Origin: Carcharhinus longimanus
Lineage: Eukaryota
NCBI GenBank assembly: GCA_030264375.1
Contig: JASCQW010000133.1
Location: forward strand, 16,892,386-16,956,385
Direction: 5' to 3'
DNA: 64,000 bases
The notes below the pieces were generated by a model. It saw only the letters and a program-made list of their open reading frames with translations, searched no databases and was not told the DNA's origin. This document shows positions 52,522 to 64,000 of this stretch, piece by piece. Both the position numbers and the translations under genes were made by a program. Within the stretch, counting starts at the first letter, position 1, and the number at the start of each line of letters is the position of its first letter.

Positions 52522-53775
52522 TAAGGGCCCATCCTCCGACTGAAATACAATAACCGCCAGTGTTTACAATGACTGGAGTCCTCCTCGCACCACGGTGATT
52601 CCAAAATGAAATCATTTCGACTACTTAAACTTCGGCGTGGATAGAACTCCTTTCGGACTATTCAAAACCCTTTTGGGGTCCCAGAGGGAAATCTTTAAGT
52701 GTTTCTAAAGAGGGGGGAATATGATAGATAATAGCGGCAATGCACAACATTGGTTAGGCTGAGGTTAATCAATTTTTAATATGAAATATTTAAAGTGACT
52801 GGGGAGAGCAGAACCTGCCAGCCATGAGGTTACAGCCAATTCTTTTATGAGTTGTAAATAAAAGGGTTCAATAATGGCTTCCGAAAGGTACATTTTGACT
52901 CTCCTTAGCCTATGGAAACTACAGTACAGTTATCAAAACAAAAATCTCCTATGGTTACAGAATTACAGGAACATGTGTTTAAGGAGCCGAACTCGATACA
53001 ATAAAATGCATTATTTATATGAGATCGTCCTGTTCTATGTCATGTTTAGAGACGGAAAATTCCCCCGTTTATTCCGAGTTTGGAGAACTTACCCACAGTT
53101 ATATTGCAAATAAGTCACAAAGTTGCAGGTTGAGGGAACTGCAGGACATTCGAACAGGCGGCGCTGGGAGATTCTCCACAAGACTGATGCCTACCCCGTT
53201 GTCCTAAAATGCATTGTTTTTTTGCAAGCACACAACATACTCCCTCGAGGCCTTTCATTTTCATCCCATTTACGATGAACGAGTGATAAATATTTATAAA
53301 GATCTACATATATTCCAGATGTTTAGGGATGATTCGGCAAGACAAGAAATCCAGATATTCCATTTTTTAAAAAAAAGCTCTTTAGTTCACTTTCAGTGAG
53401 GCTCTTAACCGACTAAAATCGCGGCCAGTTTTGTTTTCCAAGAGTATTTTGTAAACTCGTCGAACATTTGTACCCAGCAGCCATTCCTTGATGCAGTAAG
53501 GCGACGCATTAGACTTTGTCTGCATGTTGCAAATTAGGCCGCGATCGAAGCCATGTTTGTGTGTGCGTGTGTGTGTGTGTGTGCCACTTGTGCATTAACG
53601 CCGCCTGTTTAAACACGGCTCTCATAGTCCGTGTTTACTCTGCACATGAATTACACATCGTGTTGTGTCTTCTTCAGAGTGAACAACTGCCTTTCTCACA
53701 AGTTGGCTTCTTAAGTGCATTCAAAATAAAAAAAATTGACAGCAAATACTGAGCACAGCGAGACAGCTTTGGTCA

Positions 53776-54531
<756 letters not shown>

Positions 54532-54798
54532 AATGGACAGACTATTTGAATCAGAGATCAGAAGTTTTGCAGTACGCCAAGTTTCTCTCTCTCAGTTAAA
54601 TATAGCAGTTCCTCTTAAGTATCTGGAACTATCCACTCATTAACGACCTTTGTGTAATATGGTTCCAATATATATAACGTAGAGAATGTCATCTGTTTGT
54701 TTTTAATGGTAATAATATTTATATGGTATATTTTCCGGGCCAGGTTCAAATCCGTTTCCGAACTGATGGCAAATTGTTGGAGTTGAACTTCCGAGTAA

Positions 54799-55002
<204 letters not shown>

Positions 55003-56901
55003 TAAATTCTCTTTATATCCACTAACGGCCGAAGAGGTCCGTTTTTTTTTGTCTTCAAACCGTACAATTTTTCAATCGAGCGGATCTTGGGTGCAAAATA
55101 GTACTGAGCATTATTGAAACTGGGGGGGAAAGTATTAAGTATTATCGAAAGTTATTGGTCCTAAAAGTAAACGCATCTAGAGCGGTTGATGTTGAAAAGG
55201 GTATTGCCGTTTGTATTGATTCAATTAGGTGGCGCAAATTCTACCAAGGGTTAATAAGAAAGTTCTGCGGTGATCATGTTGGCAAAACATTTAGTGTAAG
55301 GCGAATATTTATTCATTTATTCGAAATGGATGTTGACCAAGCTGCGATTTCAGCTGCAGTGGAGGGTTGGCGAGTGTTTTTTTTATTTAGCCACAACATC
55401 ATTGGAGGCTTGAGCCTTTCCTCTCCACCTGAAGTTGACTGCACATTGCCTCACTGTGCTGCTGCTGTGTATTATGGGATGGGGAGGTCTGCAATGACAT
55501 AAACAATAAGAGCATTATGGGAGAAGGCCTTTGCTAAGCCAGCCTTAGGAATCCTGTACAATGCACTGAATATGTATCGCTGCATTGTAAAGGATCGGCC
55601 ATTCTCTTGTATTTTGACTCCTGTTGGCCGAATGAAATCTTCTGAAAGCACTTCCTGATTGTAAAATGTACCCCCTCCTCCTCCCCTCCCCAACCCTCAC
55701 CTCACCGTTTGATATACAAAAAAAACACACTTCGAAAAAGCGTATCCTAAAGTGGCCAATACTGACAGCAGGCTCTGTGTAATCTGTGGGCTTTACCTGG
55801 AGCTGAGAACACAGGTTAGGAAAGGGAAGCAGAGCGCGAATAGGTTCGAGGCGCCTTCGCCAGGGTTTCCCCTGGTTTGTTTACCAGAACAAGGAACTGT
55901 GCTTGGCAGACATCAAGCACTTCGTTAGGTAACGGTAGCCTTGGAAACTGCCTTGCGATGGGTGGAAGGCCGCCTTCCCTACTGTGAAAAGACTGCGAAT
56001 GCAAGGACCCCTCTAAACAAACGGATGGAGGGGCAACAATGAGAAATTCATTTAACAAATTGCTAGATGAAACCAGTACTGGTAGCCTCTCAATTAAGCG
56101 GGATGTAATGAAATTAAAAATCATTAGATCGTTCGCCACTGATGTCTAGGGCTTACGGGGCTGTCAAAGCAATTTGACTAAGTCTGAAAGATGAGGAAGG
56201 CTCCGAGTAGAGATGACTTGCAGGGTCTGCGATGGCGGGACAGGCAGCGTCTTTCTGTCGCCAGATTCCCTCCCCCCTCTCCTCCGACCCCCACCCCCAA
56301 TCCCCTCCACCAACAATCTTTACGATCTTAGAATAATTGGAGAAAGAAGTCTTTAGAAAGCCACTTTGATACCACACAGATTTGCAACCAAAATTCTCAC
56401 CACCCCCCACCCACATCCTCCCCCCTACCACCTCCAAAATGTCTCCAAGAGGTGAACATTCTTACTGGGGGGGGCAGATTAAGATGCTACCAAATATTAA
56501 ACAAAAGCGGTGCCACACTCTGTGCAAATCCGCACCCATCCCCAAATATCTGTACATGTTGGCTGCAACCTGTTACAATTCAAATTAGGAATATCATGGA
56601 ATTGAGGAGGGAGTGAAAGGTAGAGGGATGTTTAAAACATAGTTTTTTAAAAATTTTAAAATGTAGCCAGTGGGCTCACAGTAAAACGGGCCTTCAATTC
56701 CTACTCATCTGTACCAGTTACTGTCCCCTTCTCCCATTGTGGAAAAAGAAAGCCAGGCACAAGTTTCCCTTAGGGTAGACTCCCCTTAATAAAGTTGCCA
56801 AAAAATGCTAAGGCAAATGTGAAACAGTTTTGGTGCGGGAGGAAGGGATACTAAAATGACTGCATTTGTGTGTTCTCTTCTCTTCTTCTTCACCCTTGTA
56901 G

Positions 56902-57135
<234 letters not shown>

Positions 57136-60100
57136 TGAACGCACTGCTTGAGAATGAATGCAACATCCAGCATCATGTCCTTACTAATAACCTGGCCACC
57201 GGGGACTTGGGCTACACTCTCGCCAAGTTGCATGATACACGCAGATTTCCCTTGCTCCTGGGTCGCATTGTAAACCGGGGTGCCTATAGTTTTAGAACCG
57301 TTCTTCAGTTGTTAATTTGATACACGGCCATCTGCCTATTCGAAGGTTTAGAGATTCGCGTGTATAAGTTGTTGCATGGAGCAGTATAAAACAATGCGGT
57401 CCGCGAACATCTGGAAACAATAACATGGATTAACACTGGGATAGAGAGTCTGGAAAAAAGGAAAGTGCAGACTAATAAATAATTAACTCCTTCAGAAAGT
57501 TCTTCGCTCCTTTTGGATTTCAATGAAGCTGCTGTGTATAGTGATTATTTTCGAGTTTTATTTCATGCATCGAACATTTGCGGTTCGACTTCAATATAGA
57601 CATTTCCCGTCTGTAAGGTTTGTTAGAGTGGGGGGCGCTTTAAGGGGAGATTTTAATAACTCCCTATATATATGAGCAGCCCGGTCTAATTTTTAATTTC
57701 CGCCTCTGTTTAAAAAAACGTGGAATTAATTGAGGGTTAAAGTTTCATCGATCAGGAATCACTTTTGGTGAGGTGTCATTTAACCATCTGTTGGTCCCCG
57801 GACCGCTTTATTTGAGAGCTCCGCTCAATGGCAGTTACGTGCCGTTTTAACACTTGCAGACTCGGAAATGCGGCAAACATTTACTCCCGGCAGTCGGAAT
57901 CCCTTTTAACTTCACAGAGAAACTAGCCAGGACTTTTAACATGTTGTCCATGAAAAGTGGAAGGGAACTAGCATGTATCATTTTATTAAAAATACATGCA
58001 CAGATTGCATAACCACGAACCCACAACTCTCAAACCCAAGATTCTGTAGCATTTGGGCTATTTTGGCTGAAAAAAATGATTTTCTGTGATGGGAAGTATT
58101 GCAAGAAGTCCATGCGTTTTATATTGAATTGCGTTTTTTTTAATACCTAACTTTATGAAAGTGATCTTTTGGAGGTGGAAGATTGTCCTGCCTTGCCTAC
58201 AGAGATTTCATTGCAGGTTCACTTTTCCAGAGCTTGTTTCTTAAAAGCGTACACAATCCCAATTATCTGGGAATGAGACGTGAATTCCAGCGGGCTGGAA
58301 AATGTTAGTATCGTTATCGAGGGGAATTAACTCATGTAGGTTTCATTAAAAGAAGGCATTTAGATAATATGGCCGTATCCCAAATCATTTTGAACCCTCG
58401 TGTACCCATTGTCCGAATGCTCAGTTTCCCCGGGAAATGCGTCAAATTGAAGCCACCTAAACGTGGATCTTACTGCGACAGTCTCCTCCCAAGTATTTAG
58501 CGAACAGTGGGGCGATTCCATCTCATACACACACAATAGAATTGTGTGGAAAAGATCCCATCATTTTAAAGCTTTGTGCTTACCACATTTTTTGACCGTC
58601 TAAATTGAAGACGAGAATGGAAAGATGCATAAAGTCAGGTTTCGGTCTCACCGGCGTTTCTTTTTGATATGCGACCTGTATGTAAATCTAAAATGATCAG
58701 TCAGATCGGCGGATCTGATTTTGGTGAGCATTTTTAAAAAACGGTTAACATATACTATGAAAATGGCAAGAAGACACGCGTTATACTTGATATCACGATT
58801 TTACATAGACTATTTTCTAAATTAATTACAGGTTACAAATATTATCTGCAATATCGTGTTACTAGATACATAACGTGACTTTTTCCAAGGTGCAATTTTT
58901 CGAAATCAAAAATAGTATGTGTTGCCTTGGGAATTGAGATCCGGACGGAGTATTCGCCTTTACCCAACAAGATTGAAATGTAAAGTAATTTATCAAATGA
59001 AAATTGCTTTTTTTTGGAGGGGGGGGGGTGGTGGAATTTGTTCGTTTAATAATATCCACACGAAATTCCCCCGGTTGATCCGGGAAGCTTCCTCCCCTGA
59101 CTGGTGTATCACCCGATATGAACGGACGGGATGATTTCACAACAGCGCCCAACGCTTTAAGTTTAAGCAGAAAATCCTGAGATTTATAGAGACAAAGTGA
59201 GGGTTATTGTCGGCAAAGGCGGGACTGCCCCGCGGCTACTCGGTTAACTTGAGCCACATGGAAAACATTAGCGAGCGTTCGATGTGGTTGGAAACGAATT
59301 TTCCGACGATTGCCTTTCCAGAAACCACCACATAACTTGCAAGTGGCGTAAAACACTAAATGAGGAAAGTTAAATGTCTGAACTGAAGACGCGTTTCTTC
59401 ATAGGTAAGGGGCGTCCAGCCCATATACTGCACGCGTTTTAGATGCTTGAATCACTTGCCTATCAGTTTGTCAAATTAAATATGGACTGTTGGCGAGGTT
59501 TCGTCCTTGGCGTCTTATTAATTTGTCACGGATATGATCATTTGAAAGACTGATAAACGCAGGGTTCAATATACCTTAATTTTTACTTAATGCCTCATTC
59601 GTTTGGCTGCTGACCCGGGTGGTAATTATATTGAGGATACCTTTCCCCTGACCTGTTTGTGGAGTTTGTCTTGCCACCTGGCAGAACCTATACTCTCAAC
59701 CAACCTCCAACCAATTCAACCAATTTGAACACGTCTGCTTGGAGTGCATGAGAGGACAAGTATTTTTCATATGTGTATGTGTATCCTCAGGAAGTCTTCT
59801 GAACTGGTTGGGCACTTTGTAGAACACTTCTTTGAACGAGGCTAACAATTAAATTTCACCAAAGTCGAACTCCAGTGTTTTGAGGCTTCCCATTGGAGGT
59901 AAAGTTTCGATGTGTGCAGGAGATTCCCGATGACTATCTCATCAGAGCAAACACCAAGCCACATCCTGTACATGCAAACCTAATGATAAGGTTTGTATCC
60001 CATCCGTGGTAAACACCTCCCCCCCACCCCCGAACGGACTCAATTCCTGCTCCCTACAATTTTACTACCGGCTTCACTGGGGTCTATAAAGTTCTGTCTG

Positions 60101-60333
60101 CAATCCCACTCCACGCTAGCGTATGGTTTAATATTAGGAGTGTGCGGGAGGGGGCAGGCACTTTTCCATTAAAGTGTCCAAAAAGAGTAGAATAGGCAGT
60201 TTTAAACCTCGTTCCTCAAGTTGCACCACGGTTAGATTTCATAAGGGGAGCAGGGGATTTTTTTTTAAGCGGGCCAGTGTTTTACTTTTAACGCGACATC
60301 AAATATTTAACGCCGTTCTAATTTCTAATATAG

Positions 60334-60426
<93 letters not shown>

Positions 60427-61129
60427 TAAGGCACACGAACATAAACCGCACACGGTACACAGTCCAGAACAGGGACTAGGAAGATTTGGCCAGGGGTGAG
60501 ATAGAACTGAACTCAGTTCAATCTAGCTGTTTCACTTATAATCAAATCTCCTCGCTATCAGTAACTTGCTCCACATGCCTTTTCCATTTAGCGCTGTAGG
60601 GATTGTAATGTGTACTCACACATCCACTGACTCGGTTAGAACGTTCATTGCCCCGTTACCTCGTGTAGATATATTGAGATGGCTGAACGCGTTCTAAAGA
60701 TTGAAAAAAATAGTTTGCATTCATCTAGCGGCTTAGAATGTTGAAACAACCAATAAAGCCAATTTTGTATTGTGGCTATATTATCTCGGCCTTTAAACGC
60801 CGGACCGATTTTAATTCGGTAGGTAACGAACAATTAACACTCGATTTTGGAAAACGAAATGCTCTTTCGACTTAAGTCAATCTTCCTTCGTTCACGTGTG
60901 AGTTATGAGACTGACCGGTACGCCGAATTGCTATTGTAGACATATCACATGCGGTCAATCTTGGTTTTTAGTCTGCGTGATGTCGCCCAGACTTTTGAGG
61001 CAAAGTCTCGATCCACAAGTGTCCAAAGCCTTGAATGTGAGTGCGTGCCCAAATATATTTCAGAAGCAAGCACCGGACCCAGGTGTAATTGGTTGCATTG
61101 GTGGAATGCAAGACGAGTACATTTACTTG

Positions 61130-61350
61130 GAACAATAAGAAACATAGGATCTAGAAGGAGGCTAATCGACCTATCATGCGAGCATTAGTTACTTGAAAGA
61201 GCAATCCAGTTAGTTCTACTTCCCCACACTTCATAGAATCCCGAAAGTGCAGAAGGAGGCCATTCGGCCCATCGAGTCTGCACCAACCACAATTCCACTC
61301 AGGCCCTATCTGCACAACCTCATGTATGTACCCTAGCTAGTCCCCACTTA
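61130..61350 (-). mobile_element. CR1 3' tail with a nested HE1 tail, in intron 7
   Basis: aagaaacatagga..agaaggaggc... and catagaatccc..agtgcagaaggaggccattcggcccatcgagtctgcacc. Confidence 0.75.
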
Positions 61351-61585
61351 GCCCATAGCCCCTGAAGGTTGGTGGGGAGAGATGACAAGAATAGGCAGAA
61401 TCACTTCGACGGTTTTCTTAAATGGTTCAATTGTGATTTTCAGAGGACGGCAAAGCCCATATACAACTTCAATCATTAAGTCACCCGAACTATACAACAA
61501 AGCGCTGCGGACTGAAATACCAAATGGCGTCTTTATTTTTCCCCTTTGAATTTCAAGGTGTTTGTATTTTGTAATATGGTTACAG

Positions 61586-61809
61586 TAAAGAATACCCTGT
61601 GGTCCCCAGGAGCACGGTCAGGCAACGTGTGGGGTCGACGGCCAATCAGTTCAGTGGAGAGGTGCGAGTGTTGCCAGTGTCCAACAGCCTGTGCTCCCAG
61701 TACCAGTGCGAGAATGGGGTTTCCAGCTCGACTCAGGAGTTACTGCCACCCAACCCCTACTCACTGTGTCCTGAACAGAGCCCGCTCTACCACTGCACCA
61801 AGAGGAAAG
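61586..61809 (+). CDS. TBX5: TBX5 exon 8 (224 nt), post-T-box region ending in the basic KRK motif
   Basis: Acceptor ttacag|T; [74 protein letters not shown]; donor G|GTGAGA, phase 1. Confidence 0.96.
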
Positions 61810-61822
61810 GTGAGACAGATTT

Positions 61823-62170
61823 GGGAAGGCCATGGCCTGGTGTATTACCACTAGACTATTAATCCAGAAAGTCAGCTAATGTTCTGGGGACCTGGGTTCA
61901 AATCCTAAAATGGCAAGTAGTGGAATCTGAATTCAATTTTAAAAATCCAGAATTAAGAATCTACTGATGATCATAAAAGCATTGTCGATTGTTGGTAAAA
62001 CCCATCTGGTTCATTAATGTCCTTTAGAGAAGAAAATCTGCTATCCTTATCTGGTCTGGCCTACATGTGATTCCAGAGCCATAACAATGTGGTTGACTCT
62101 CAACTGCCCTCTGGCAGCTAGGGATGGGCAATAAATGTGGAGTAGTTAGTGATGCCCATGTCCTACATAA
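61823..62170 (+). mobile_element. tRNA-derived SINE inserted 13 nt into TBX5 intron 8
   Basis: Head tggcctggtg...ctagactattaatccag...gggttcaaatcc, with a body shared with the minus copies at 29625-30000 and 63205-63725. Confidence 0.82.
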
Positions 62171-62193
62171 GCCTTTGCTTCAAGTGGCTAGCC

Positions 62194-62402
62194 ATGATGT
62201 GGAGATGCTGGCGTTGGACTGGGGTGGGCACAGTAAAAAATCCAGGTTAAAGTCCAACAGGTTTAATTGGAATAATAAGCTTCCAGAGTGCTGCTCCTTT
62301 ATCAGGTGAGTGATCACCTTTCACCTGATGAAGGAGCAGTGCTCCAAAAATGCATGATTCCAAATAAACCTGTTGGACTTTAATCTGGTGTTGTGAGACT
62401 TC
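62194..62402. mobile_element. Palindromic Penelope-like element with a decayed hammerhead core
   Basis: Arms 62242-62309 and 62321-62388 are reverse complements. The right arm holds CTGATGA-AGGAGC-agt-GCTCC-AAAA. Confidence 0.7.
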
Positions 62403-63039
62403 AAGTGATGAGGACACTTTTCAGTGTGAATTTAGGGTCAGTGGCTTGTCATTACCACTGCACATTTTACACCATGGAAGGAGGGATGTTCAATCAAATT
62501 AGAAATGAGCTACTCCCCACTTCTAATAACCCTGATCCGTTGTATCCTTTGGCAGAGGAAACAACAGAATGGACTGACAAGTTGTCATCTGCCTTACAAG
62601 TTCCCACTGAGAGATTTAAATGTCTCTTGTGTGGGTGGCTTCTCTAAATAGCCAGTTATCTTTTCCTCTCAAATGTCAAAAAATAAACAACTCCCAGGGC
62701 TCCAGTGGCAAGCTGGAATGCTGTGACCTGAATAGCGCAATGTCATCTTCCAAACTCCACCTCACACAGGCTGGACTTGTCAACATCTTGTTTTACCTGC
62801 AAGTGCATTTCAGTCATTGCCTGGAAGGCAAGGGATAGCTTTTGCCTGCGATGATAAGCTGGTGGAAATATCACTTTAGGAAAATGTTGCCCAGGACCCC
62901 AAACTCCTGACTAACAAAAGAGATTGGCCCACGTGTAACAAGGTTGGTGAAGCAAATTTAGCTTCAAAAACTGCTGCAGCTTTTACTTCTGTTTGGAGAA
63001 AGTGTTTGTTAATTCAGTGTTGATGAAATATCAATGTCT

Positions 63040-63990
63040 GTACGTGTTGGAGATGTTGAGTGGGGCTGCCTTTCGATAGCATATCTCAGAACCTCAATGC
63101 AACCAGTGAAGTACTTTTAAAGCTTAGCCAATGCTGGAATATAGGAAATGGAGCAAACGATTTGCACCCACCTAGATGGACAAACAGCATGTGATATTTT
63201 AAGATGATTCATTTATGGGATGTGAGCATTGCTGGCTGGGCTAACATTTATTGCCATCTCTAACTGCCCTCCATTTTGGAGGGAATTTAAGAGTCAGCCA
63301 CATTAGAATCATAGAATCCCTACAGTGCAGAAGGAGGCCATTCGGTCCATCGAGTCTGCACCAACCACAATTCCACCCAGGTCCTTTTCTCACAACCGCA
63401 CATATTTACCCTGCTAATCCCCTTGACATTAGGGTCAACTTAACATGGCCAAGCAATCTAACCCTCACATCTTTGACCGCATTGCTGTGGTTCTGGAGTC
63501 ACGTGTAGGCCAGAGCGGATAAGGACAACAGATTTCCTTCCTTTAAAGGTATTAGTGAACCAGATGGGTTGTTCCAACAATCAACAATGGTTTCATGATC
63601 ATTGTTAGACTTGTAAGTCCAGATTTTCTTTTTACTGAATTTAAATTTCTCCATCCACCATGGTGGGATTTGAATCCAGATCCCCAGATCTTGCCCTGGG
63701 TCTCAGGGTTACTAGTTCAGTGTCAGATATTTCGATGATATTGATTGAAAGATACATATTGTTGAGGACACCAGCGGGTGCTTTTGTCTGATCAATGCCA
63801 TGGTATCTTTTGACTGCACCTGAAGGGCAGAAAAAGCTTCAGTCTCATTGAAGAGATTGCCCGCTGACAGTGCAGCACTCTCTCAGCATCAGTGAAGATG
63901 TTATACTCAGAGATCCAGAGTGGGGCTTGAAACCAAGATTCTAACTCAGAAGTGACCAGAGAGAAGTGGATTTCCAATTCTCACATGACT
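63040..63990 (-). mobile_element. Three-level nest: Deu-SINE, tRNA-SINE (about 63205-63725) and HE1 tail (about 63303-63475)
   Basis: Deu-SINE pieces (gaagtactttt...ggaaat..gc..atttgcac; tgccatggtatctttt...gacagtgcagcactc) flank the SINE, which is itself split at agcc|acatt...cacatctttg|accgcattgctgtgg. Confidence 0.7.
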
Positions 63991-64000
63991 GTGAGATGTG

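Noticed and set aside
59671-59684. CTCF-like motif (minus strand CTGCCAGGTGGCAA); weaker matches at about 25042 and 46928
   Set aside because: Each has mismatches in core positions and none can be supported without a PWM score or ChIP data.

Overview
Eukaryotic genomic DNA, very probably from a shark (elasmobranch), judged from HE1/V-SINE, CR1/HER1, Deu-SINE and Penelope-type repeats. It contains the 5' part of the T-box gene TBX5 on the + strand. Seven coding exons (51961-52110, 52426-52520, 54024-54143, 54831-54978, 56902-57054, 60334-60425, 61586-61809) have canonical GT-AG boundaries and splice in frame to 982 nt (327 codons plus 1 nt), covering the N-terminus, the whole T-box and the segment ending HCTKRK. 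The last coding exon lies beyond the window. Two candidate non-coding first exons/promoters lie at about 47.2-47.5 kb and 48.8-49.4 kb. The first ~38.6 kb is CpG-poor, TE-rich upstream intergenic DNA, apart from a CpG-retaining island at about 22.5-28 kb, while about 38.8-61.1 kb is CpG-retaining and almost TE-free. The most notable observations are: a SINE inserted 13 nt after the exon-8 donor that could supply a stop codon and poly(A) signal for a truncated TBX5; palindromic Penelope-like elements with decayed hammerhead cores; a U2 snRNA-derived composite; and a ~105-bp direct repeat flanking exon 4. There are eight N-gaps. Most ORF-track entries are spurious or TE debris. Repeat family names and comparisons with human TBX5 are from recall, not database searches, and TE boundaries are approximate.
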